Assembly (NCBI GenBank): GCA_050250255.1
Contig: JBFWOZ010000001.1
Location: 78,211 to 142,210, forward strand
Direction of reading: 5' to 3'
DNA length: 64,000 nt
Source: Bdellovibrionales bacterium
GTDB taxonomy: Bacteria > Bdellovibrionota > Bdellovibrionia > Bdellovibrionales > DASUEL01
A program made the translations under genes and the position numbers. This document shows positions 56,458 through 64,000 of this stretch, in pieces (within the stretch, counting starts at the first letter, position 1; every line of letters starts with the position of its first letter). A model generated the notes under the pieces. It did not search any database. It saw nothing but the letters and a program-made list of their open reading frames with translations, and had not been told where the DNA came from.

Positions 56458-56884
56458 TGAAATCTCCTTAGCAAGTACTCAAAGTGTATCCCAGGGCGAA
56501 TTGAAATTCGATCACTGGTTAATTACCGTACTTTGATCTTGTGCTAATCGCCTGTCCATTATAGGTAGTGTCCAAGGTTAGGAGCTCAGTCTAAACCATA
56601 TGTTATGTGTGCACTGAAACGACCAGAAAGGCGCTAGAAACTGGAGCTTTCCAAGCAAAGTGTCAGACGGATTCTGCCACCGTTCCAACTCCGTTTGATC
56701 AAGTCTAAGTTTTTACAGTTCAATAGGTTCATCGGTTCATGAAAGCGCCACTTCAGAAAAATCGTCCCAAGATAGCTGCCGCAGTGATTAAGGACCTAAG
56801 TCCAGCCCAACCTCATAACTAACTCGCAACACCCGGTGCTTCGTCCAGTCGCCACCCTCCTTTTGGCGTGTTAGTATTTGATCC

Positions 56885-57634
56885 ATGCAGTGGCTGAGCT
56901 CTCTCAATTTTCGAAAAATCTCTCGCTATCTTTTGTTGCCCGTGGTGGTGACAGCGGTGGCGATGACTTTGCGTTCGCCACTTTTTTCACTCACGGATAT
57001 TGATGTGAAAGAAAATACAACTGGCGAGCCAAGTCTTCTTTTCCAAGAAGTGTTGCCTCAGGTTAATTCTCATTTAAATAGTTCCATCGGCCGTAATTTG
57101 TGGAGCGTTGATGTGCAAAAACTCGCGGAGGAACTAAAAAAAATTCCTGGAGTAAAAACGGTGAGCATGGATCGTATTCCGCCGGGTACTCTTCGCGCTA
57201 AAATCGAAACTGAAAAAATTATTTTAAACGTTGTTTCTAATCAAGGTGGTCTTTATCCGGTCACCGAAAGTGCTCGTATTCTTTCGCGCATGAAAGTAGC
57301 GGCGAATGAAGATGTGCCAGTGATTCGAAATAAAAAAATCATTCAAAATGCAGTTCTTCGAGGGAAAGCGGTCTCTTTAATTTCGCAACTTCCTCGAGAA
57401 GGATTGATGAGTCAGACAAGCGTTGCGGAAATTGACGTGGATTCAAAGAATAGTTTTTGGCTTTCGCTCATCAGCCCCGATACAAAAATTAAAATTTCGG
57501 ATGATGCAGTTCCGGTGAAGGCTGCACGAGTAGAAAAGGTGCTCGAATATTTACAAAAAAACAAAATGCAAGCTCGCGTCATTGATGTAGAATTCTCTAA
57601 GAAAGTTGTTGTCAAGCTGCGTAAGGATCATTAG
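56885..57634 (+). CDS. ftsQ: Cell division protein FtsQ/DivIB
   Basis: TM then SPLFSL, POTRA-like IGRNLWSVD..LKKIPGVKTV..RIPPGTL; before ftsA. Confidence 0.85.
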   Translation: MQWLSSLNFRKISRYLLLPVVVTAVAMTLRSPLFSLTDIDVKENTTGEPSLLFQEVLPQVNSHLNSSIGRNLWSVDVQKLAEELKKIPGVKTVSMDRIPPGTLRAKIETEKIILNVVSNQGGLYPVTESARILSRMKVAANEDVPVIRNKKIIQNAVLRGKAVSLISQLPREGLMSQTSVAEIDVDSKNSFWLSLISPDTKIKISDDAVPVKAARVEKVLEYLQKNKMQARVIDVEFSKKVVVKLRKDH

Positions 57635-57719
57635 CCTTAAAGTGACGCACCATAGAAGTTAATACCATGATGGTATTGGGAGTTTTTACTCCTACAAACA
57701 GTAGTCCAAGGGAGCGGAC

Positions 57720-59009
57720 ATGAATACGAAGGATCGGATCATTGCCGGTCTTGATATTGGTACAACGAAAGTCAGCATCGCTATTGGAGTACTCAAAGCT
57801 GACGCAAAAGTTGCTGCTAACGATTCAAGCGAACATTCAACCGGTTTATTAATTTCGAGTGCAGATATCGACATCATTGGCGTTGGAACAGTTCCAAGTT
57901 TAGGAATGAGAAATGGCGTTGTTGTCAACATCGACGCCACAACGGATGCCATCAAAAAAGCTCGTGAAGAAGCCGAGTTGATGGCGGGACAAAAAATCTC
58001 TGAAGTATGGATTGGCATCGCCGGTTCTCACATTAAATCTTTCGATTCTAAAGGCATGGTGGCGATTCGTCATAACGAAGTCACCTCCTCAGACATTCAA
58101 AGAGTCATGGACGCGGCAAAAGCAGTTGCTGTTCCCGGAGATCGTGAAGTGCTTCACGTCCTTCCTCGCGAATACACAATTGATGATCAAAACGGAATTT
58201 TAGATCCTATTGGAATGACGGGCGTTCGCTTAGAGGCGAATGTTCATATCATTACGGGCGGAAAAACCGCTCTTCAAAATGCCGTAAAATGTACAGAAAA
58301 AGCAGGATTAAAAGTTTCTGGTCTTGTTTTAGAACAACTTGCTTCTTCCATGGTTGTACTCAGTAAAGACGAAAAAGAATTAGGCGTTGCGGTTGTCGAT
58401 ATCGGTGGCGGTACCAGTGATGTGATTGTTTATGTACAAGGTGCAGTCGCTTACACCTCTATTCTTCCCATTGGTGGAATGCATGTCACAAATGATATTG
58501 CGATGGGTTTACGTACTCCTCAGCACACGGCAGAGGAACTTAAAAGAAAATATGGTTGTGCACTTGCAAGCCTCGTATCCACGGAAGAAACCATCGAAGT
58601 CAGTGGCGTGGGTGGGCGTGCAGAGCGAACGATCATGCGCCGCTTGCTGTGTGATGTGATTGAGCCGAGAGTTGAAGAAACTCTTAACTTTATCAATACG
58701 GAAGTTCAAAAAAGTCATTTCTCAAAAATGCTAGGAGCCGGAATTGTTCTGACCGGTGGAGCTTCGCAAATGGATGGCCTTACGGAACTATCAGAATTTA
58801 TTTTTGATATGCCAGCACGACTCGGGAAGCCTGATTCTTTTGGTGGGTTAAGGGATGTAGTGAGTACACCAGCTCATTCCACGGTGCTTGGATTAATTCT
58901 TTACGGCGCGCAAATGGATTCGCGTAAGGCTCATAAAACGACTATGTCTACAAACGTTTTAAGTCATTTTTCTAACAAAATTAAGCAAATTATCGACGAA
59001 GCATTCTAG
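57720..59009 (+). CDS. ftsA: Cell division protein FtsA
   Basis: [24 protein letters not shown]. Confidence 0.96.
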   Translation: MNTKDRIIAGLDIGTTKVSIAIGVLKADAKVAANDSSEHSTGLLISSADIDIIGVGTVPSLGMRNGVVVNIDATTDAIKKAREEAELMAGQKISEVWIGIAGSHIKSFDSKGMVAIRHNEVTSSDIQRVMDAAKAVAVPGDREVLHVLPREYTIDDQNGILDPIGMTGVRLEANVHIITGGKTALQNAVKCTEKAGLKVSGLVLEQLASSMVVLSKDEKELGVAVVDIGGGTSDVIVYVQGAVAYTSILPIGGMHVTNDIAMGLRTPQHTAEELKRKYGCALASLVSTEETIEVSGVGGRAERTIMRRLLCDVIEPRVEETLNFINTEVQKSHFSKMLGAGIVLTGGASQMDGLTELSEFIFDMPARLGKPDSFGGLRDVVSTPAHSTVLGLILYGAQMDSRKAHKTTMSTNVLSHFSNKIKQIIDEAF

Positions 59010-59019
59010 GGGAGGGTTC

Positions 59020-60570
59020 ATGTTTGAACTAGATGAAAACAGTTGTTTTGGTGCAAACATTAAGGTGATGGGAGTCGGTGGCGGTGGTAATAACGCCGTT
59101 TCAACAATGATTGCCAGTGGTCTTAAAGGCGTGGAATTCATTGTTGCGAATACTGACCGACAAGTCCTTATTGATAATAAGGCGACATACAAAATTCAAT
59201 TAGGTAAAGATTTAACTCGTGGTCTCGGAGCCGGCGCAAATCCAGAAGTGGGTCGTCGTGCAGCGATTGAATCTTACAACGACATCGCAGAAAAACTTGC
59301 TGGCGCCGACATGGTGTTTGTAACAGCCGGTATGGGCGGTGGAACGGGCACTGGTGGAGCTCCTGTCGTAGCGAAAATCGCAAGAGAACTTGGAGCATTA
59401 ACGATTGGTGTAGTGACTCGTCCATTCTCTTTCGAAGGTAAAAAGCGTAGTCGTCAAGCCCTCGAAGGGATTGAAGAGTTAAGAGAAAATGTTGATACCC
59501 TCATCGTCATTCCAAACCAAAAACTTTTGACAATTTCTAATGAGAAAACTCCTCTGCTCGAAACTTTCAAAAAAGCAGATGAAGTTCTTCTTCATGCGGT
59601 TCAAGGGATCTCGGATCTCATCAACGTACGGGGTCTCGTGAACTTAGACTTCGCAGATATTAAAACCGTAATGGCAGGTCAAGGTATGGCCCTTATGGGA
59701 ACAGGTCTCGCATCTGGAGAAGGTCGTGCGATCGAAGCGGCAACTGCTGCGATTTCTTCGCCGCTTCTTGAGAACGTGGCGATTGACGGAGCTACCGGAA
59801 TTATCATCAATGTCACTGGTGGCCCTGATCTTAGCCTTCATGAAATTAATGAAGCTTCTACTTTGATTACAGAAGCGGCCGATGAAAATGCCGAAATTAT
59901 TTTTGGTGCGGTGATTGACGATGCGATGGGCGAAACAATTCGTGTGACGGTCATCGCAACTGGTTTTGGTCAAGGTGCCGCTGCTCAAAAAACTTTTGGA
60001 CAGCCGATGATGCAACAGCCAGTTGAGAATATTCAACTCAACACAGCTTCCGTGGATGCTCAGCCAGTGAATCCCATGTCTCATGTGCAAATGAGTAATT
60101 ACCAAGCGACTTTTACTTACATGCCGCCAGTTCCAGCGCCACAGCAGCCAATGCCTCAACAACATATGGAGGCTCCTGTCGCTTACGTTCCGGCTCAAGT
60201 GCCAGTAGCAACGCCAGCCTATGTAGCGCCGGTTATTTCAGCTCCCGTAGCTCAGCCACCCACAGCACCAATCACTATGGCTCCCGAGACAGTGGTTCAG
60301 CAGGCCGTTGTGGTTCCTACAGAAGAGAAGAAAGATCTTCTCCCTCGTGACATCCTTCTCGCAAAAGCCAGAGCTTTCCGTGAAGGTCAAAAGAAGAAAA
60401 CACCGGAAGAAAAGAGCCCAGAGCAACTTTTAATGAACGTAGATGAAGAGAATTCTCTAGAGGCAGCAAAAAAAGCAGCTCAAAAAATGGCTAACAATAA
60501 CTTTGATGGCCGTTCTCTTGACATTCCTACCTACATTCGACGACAACAAAATCTAGACGTAGACCCTTAA
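59020..60570 (+). CDS. ftsZ: Cell division protein FtsZ with long Pro/Gln-rich linker
   Basis: [25 protein letters not shown]-terminal LDIPTYIRR. Confidence 0.97.
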   Translation: MFELDENSCFGANIKVMGVGGGGNNAVSTMIASGLKGVEFIVANTDRQVLIDNKATYKIQLGKDLTRGLGAGANPEVGRRAAIESYNDIAEKLAGADMVFVTAGMGGGTGTGGAPVVAKIARELGALTIGVVTRPFSFEGKKRSRQALEGIEELRENVDTLIVIPNQKLLTISNEKTPLLETFKKADEVLLHAVQGISDLINVRGLVNLDFADIKTVMAGQGMALMGTGLASGEGRAIEAATAAISSPLLENVAIDGATGIIINVTGGPDLSLHEINEASTLITEAADENAEIIFGAVIDDAMGETIRVTVIATGFGQGAAAQKTFGQPMMQQPVENIQLNTASVDAQPVNPMSHVQMSNYQATFTYMPPVPAPQQPMPQQHMEAPVAYVPAQVPVATPAYVAPVISAPVAQPPTAPITMAPETVVQQAVVVPTEEKKDLLPRDILLAKARAFREGQKKKTPEEKSPEQLLMNVDEENSLEAAKKAAQKMANNNFDGRSLDIPTYIRRQQNLDVDP

Positions 60571-60599
60571 ACCATAGGGTCTGCTAGAAGCGGATTGTT

Positions 60600-61328
60600 G
60601 TGAGCTACAGAATTTATTTTGTTTCTGACATTCATATAAAGGGCTCGGATGATTCCAGAGCCCTTTTGTTTTTGAATTTTCTCAAAAATTTCGATCCTCA
60701 AGGCACTCATCTTTTTCTTTTAGGTGACATCTTTGATGTATGGATTGGGACCCACCAAGTTTACATCGATAAATACAACCGCATTCTCGATGAAATTCGT
60801 AAGCTCGTGAAGCGGGGAGTGCAGATTCATTATTTTGAAGGTAATCACGATTTCCATATTCGAAGTTATTGGAAACGAGAATTGGGAGTACAAGTTTATG
60901 ATCGCCCGAAATATTTTGAATTTGATGGTCTCAATCTAAGGGTTGAGCATGGAGACGAGTCCAATCCTGATGATTTAGCTTATTTGAGACTTAGAAAATT
61001 CTTACGATCCATTCCGATGACTTTACTTGCTAAAAATTTGCGTGGTTCTATTGTGCAAACAATTGGTGAAACTTGGAGTGGGCTCAGTCGTAAAGGTGGA
61101 ACTTACGTTAACGAAAAGGTTAAGCTTAGGGCCCGACAATATGCCATCGAGAAAGTTTCCGAACGATCTTTTGATTTGATAATTTTTGGCCATATTCATA
61201 TGCGTGATGAATTTGTTTTTGAATTCAATGGGAAACAGCACAAATATGTGAATCTGGGTACCTGGCTCGATAAACCGTGCACGTATCTTGTGACTCCCGG
61301 TGAACATAAATTCATCGAGCTGACTTAA
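60600..61328 (+). CDS. lpxH: UDP-2,3-diacylglucosamine hydrolase LpxH-like metallophosphoesterase
   Basis: SDIH, LGDIFD, GNHD, HGD, GHIH, NLGTW. Confidence 0.85.
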   Translation: MSYRIYFVSDIHIKGSDDSRALLFLNFLKNFDPQGTHLFLLGDIFDVWIGTHQVYIDKYNRILDEIRKLVKRGVQIHYFEGNHDFHIRSYWKRELGVQVYDRPKYFEFDGLNLRVEHGDESNPDDLAYLRLRKFLRSIPMTLLAKNLRGSIVQTIGETWSGLSRKGGTYVNEKVKLRARQYAIEKVSERSFDLIIFGHIHMRDEFVFEFNGKQHKYVNLGTWLDKPCTYLVTPGEHKFIELT

Positions 61329-61339
61329 TAGGATTTTGT

Positions 61340-61528
61340 ATGACAGTCTCCTGCCCCCAATGCGGAAAAGAAACACTCTACGACCCCAAGAATGAGTTTC
61401 GACCTTTTTGTTCGGAAAGATGTCGGCTGATCGATTTAGGGGATTGGGCCCAAGAAAAATTCAAAGTGCCATTAGAGCATGAAACTCCCTCTACAGATCA
61501 GGATTCAGACGATCCAAACCCTGAATAA
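61340..61528 (+). CDS. yacG: DNA gyrase inhibitor YacG
   Basis: CPQCGK...RPFCSERCRLIDLGDW. Confidence 0.93.
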   Translation: MTVSCPQCGKETLYDPKNEFRPFCSERCRLIDLGDWAQEKFKVPLEHETPSTDQDSDDPNPE

Positions 61529-61609
61529 GCCCAAAAACGTCTTTCTGTTAGATTTCCAACGTTTAGCTCATCTCTAATCCTCTAAAATGCTTCGGTTACA
61601 TGCCTTAAG

Positions 61610-61625
61610 AGGCATAAAAATTGCC
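61610..61625 (+). promoter_or_regulatory. sigma54 promoter candidate
   Basis: AGGCATAAAAATTGCC (GG-N10-GC with TTGC), about 25 nt before ATG 61650. Confidence 0.6.
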
Positions 61626-61649
61626 TTGTTAAGGGTTTGGAGTATTTAT

Positions 61650-62234
61650 ATGAAACAAGTGAGTTTTTTGATCGGGCTTTTTCTGATGGTGGCTTGTGGT
61701 GGTGGAGTGAGTATTCCTTTAACACCTTCAGGAGTGAAACCTGAGTGTTTGCAAGCCAATCCATCCGCAGAAGTGAAGGCGCAGTGTGGAGCCGTTGCCT
61801 CTGGAAGCTTCAACGAAGTGATCGATGACGAGAATGCAATTCCTCTCGATTTATCGGTAAACCCAGAGACCACTGCCGATCTGGTGACAAACTCCCTTTC
61901 TTTAGGAGTTCTTTCTGCGAATTCCAGAACGACACGGACTTTTACCTTTCAAAGAAGCGATCAGGGCGAACTCAGTCTTTTAAAACCTACCTTTTCGGGA
62001 GTTTGTGCGAGAGGAGTTTTTCCAGCTGTTGAGTACGCTCTCTTTGAAGAAACAAAAAAAGTTCGTTATGGAAAAACGCTTTTTAAAGCTGTTTCGATTC
62101 AAGCCAACAAAAAATATTTTTTGAGACTGACTGTTCCAACCACCGTGATCTGTACCGATCTAGTATTAAACCTTGTTGTAGATTATAAAACCGATGGCGT
62201 TGAAGTTCCTAATGAAGTGAAGAGGTCGTCTTGA
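61650..62234 (+). CDS. Hypothetical lipoprotein
   Basis: MKQVSFLIGLFLMVAC lipobox, GGAG RBS, four further Cys. Confidence 0.75.
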   Translation: MKQVSFLIGLFLMVACGGGVSIPLTPSGVKPECLQANPSAEVKAQCGAVASGSFNEVIDDENAIPLDLSVNPETTADLVTNSLSLGVLSANSRTTRTFTFQRSDQGELSLLKPTFSGVCARGVFPAVEYALFEETKKVRYGKTLFKAVSIQANKKYFLRLTVPTTVICTDLVLNLVVDYKTDGVEVPNEVKRSS

Positions 62235-62725
62235 TACTGCTACGAACTCTTTTTTCTCTCTGGATGATCTTCGCTCCTCATTTTCTTGAGGCGCAGGAAC
62301 TATCCACAAATATCAATAGCCTTGATAACAAATATTTAATGTTTGAATGCCGCCAGCAATTTCAAAATCTAGATGGTTTTTGGAGAAGTTGGTTTCCAAA
62401 ATATGGAAGCCGTATTAGTCGTACGATGTTTCAGGTTTATAAAAACGAAGAAGGAAGTTGGCTTGCACAATTTTTAGGCGCGCCGGCGTTCTACGAGTAT
62501 ACGGGAGAAAGCCAAAAGCTAGAAAAGCCTCAGCGGATTTACCCTGTGCATTTTATAAACGATGATGATGGTCTGAGACTCGTAGTTGGACTTCCTACCG
62601 CAAAGCTGAACTTAAGAATAGTTACTACTGAGAGCCCAGCGGTATTTAGGGAGAGCTTCGTTCATGGTTATAGAGATTCATGGGTAGGCGCTTGCTTCCC
62701 TATAAAGTTCGATTTAACTCCTTAG
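62231..62725 (+). CDS. Exported hypothetical protein
   Basis: Signal-peptide-like N-terminus, 4-nt overlap with upstream gene, two Cys. Confidence 0.65.
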   Translation: MILLRTLFSLWMIFAPHFLEAQELSTNINSLDNKYLMFECRQQFQNLDGFWRSWFPKYGSRISRTMFQVYKNEEGSWLAQFLGAPAFYEYTGESQKLEKPQRIYPVHFINDDDGLRLVVGLPTAKLNLRIVTTESPAVFRESFVHGYRDSWVGACFPIKFDLTP

Positions 62726-62836
62726 AGACATTTTTTGTCTCCACTTTTACTTTCTTTCAACCCGCCAAGAATCTAGAAAAGCTGACTCCGTACGCCTATT
62801 TGCAAGTAAATGCATTATGTAGGACGTTTCTGAGTT

Positions 62837-64000
62837 ATGAAAAAGCCACTGCCATCGAAAGCATTTAAAATCCTTTTTGCGCTCGTCTTGAGTGCCATTT
62901 GCGCTTTTTATGACATGCCTGTTGGTTTGGCGGCGCCATCAAAAACAAAGCTTCTCTGTGGAGGTTCTTTAGGTGCCAGAACCACGCGCCTCGCTACTAC
63001 AATACTCACTAAAACTGCCGAAGAAAAACAAGCACCTAGTTCCGAACTGGATCATGTAGCAGAACTAAAATCTCAATTAAATGAAAACGCACAAGTTCTC
63101 AACGAATTGAGAAATTCTGATCGTACCGAGTACCGCAACCGTATGCGCTTTATGAATCAACTTAGGTTGCGTGGGAACATGGTTTACTACAAAGACCAGC
63201 TTCGTCCACTCCAGTTAGTGAGAATTGGATTTAGAAACATTAGTGTTCTCAATAGCGATCTTTTGACGATCAGTCATACAGAGCGCTTCTTAGAATTGTA
63301 CTACCGAGAGTTTCATAAATTTTTCACTGAGGATCCAAGCCTGGGTGGGATTGTTCTTCACCGATACAACGAGTTTTATATTATGACTCCAGCTAATAAT
63401 GTGGAAATGCAATGGTATGTGAATATAGTGAATCAAAAAATGGTTCAATTTCTTCAGCGTAGTCGTCCGGAAGGTTTCATACGATATAAGGGCCCGCAAT
63501 TCGCTAACTTTACGTGGGCGAATATGATGCTGAATCTAGTATGGCATGACTTTCACGGAGTCGATCTAGCAAAAATGGGTTTGTCAGAAAAAGAGGCCAA
63601 AGAAATCACGGCCGAAGAGCTCTTTAGAAAATTGGTTGCGACTGGATTTGTTGATACGACTTTCCGTACAGCCAAGGATCGTTTTTTAAATATCCCATTA
63701 AAGGAATATACCACTTTTGAAGATTGGGCGAGAGATGCTCAAACACGCGCTAACTATTTAAAGGCGGCGGTCGAGAGTGTGGGACAAGACTGGAAATCTG
63801 CTTTGCGACAACTGCACGAACTTGCCGGCGACTTTGAGAAAATGCCTCAATTTCAGAAATGGTTTGAACGTACATTTAGAGGAACTCAATATTTTGAAAA
63901 GCATTTAATCACGGAATTCCAACTTTATATTTTTGAATGGCAAGTGGCGAACTTCTTCTCGTTTTCGGATAATCCAAATTTGGCAAAGCGCCGACCTACA
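62837..64000 (+). CDS. Partial ORF (runs off window): signal peptide plus degenerate GGDEF-like domain
   Basis: Hand translation gives 388 open codons from ATG 62837; absent from the ORF track because it has no stop in the window. Confidence 0.75.
   Translation, partial: MKKPLPSKAFKILFALVLSAICAFYDMPVGLAAPSKTKLLCGGSLGARTTRLATTILTKTAEEKQAPSSELDHVAELKSQLNENAQVLNELRNSDRTEYRNRMRFMNQLRLRGNMVYYKDQLRPLQLVRIGFRNISVLNSDLLTISHTERFLELYYREFHKFFTEDPSLGGIVLHRYNEFYIMTPANNVEMQWYVNIVNQKMVQFLQRSRPEGFIRYKGPQFANFTWANMMLNLVWHDFHGVDLAKMGLSEKEAKEITAEELFRKLVATGFVDTTFRTAKDRFLNIPLKEYTTFEDWARDAQTRANYLKAAVESVGQDWKSALRQLHELAGDFEKMPQFQKWFERTFRGTQYFEKHLITEFQLYIFEWQVANFFSFSDNPNLAKRRPT

Noticed and set aside
56479..56493. 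sigma54-like TGGGATACACTTTGA upstream of the Gly-zipper gene
   Set aside because: -12 element is GA rather than GC; too weak
56600..56850. Possible gene remnant upstream of ftsQ
   Set aside because: Only short open frames with no recognisable motif

Overview
Bacterial chromosomal window, most likely Bdellovibrionota. This is inferred from gene order and protein style, not from a search. From left to right: an MCE/Mla ABC transporter operon (- strand); a sigma54-promoted flagellar basal-body/hook operon (53-aa ORF, AMIN/TPR protein, receiver-less sigma54 activator, flgB-flgC-fliE-fliF-fliG-fliH-fliI-fliJ-motE-like-fliK-flgD-TIGR02530-like-flgE); pfkA and hup; a group of orphan lipoproteins around recN-nadK, one with a ~42% Tyr tail; a ~1350-aa lipoprotein with signs of internal duplication; beta-barrel genes; a Ser/Thr kinase and acyl-CoA ligase behind a sigma28-like promoter; coaE, hpt and upp; and a dcw cluster (rsmH to ftsZ) lacking mraZ and ddl, interrupted between murB and ftsQ by hicAB, an HNH pseudogene and an exported Gly-zipper protein. 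It ends with lpxH, yacG, orphan exported proteins and a truncated ORF with a signal peptide and a degenerate GGDEF-like domain. Best leads: (1) a two-hairpin leader between the TIGR02530-like gene and flgE, a candidate RNA-protein control system for hook synthesis; (2) the exported degenerate GGDEF-like protein; (3) the Tyr-rich lipoprotein; (4) the sigma54 activator/TPR/small-ORF module with a recurring GTCWG-N2-CWGAC palindrome; (5) three long inverted-repeat elements. No rRNA, tRNA, CRISPR array or intact transposase was seen. All assignments are by eye; no database searches were run.
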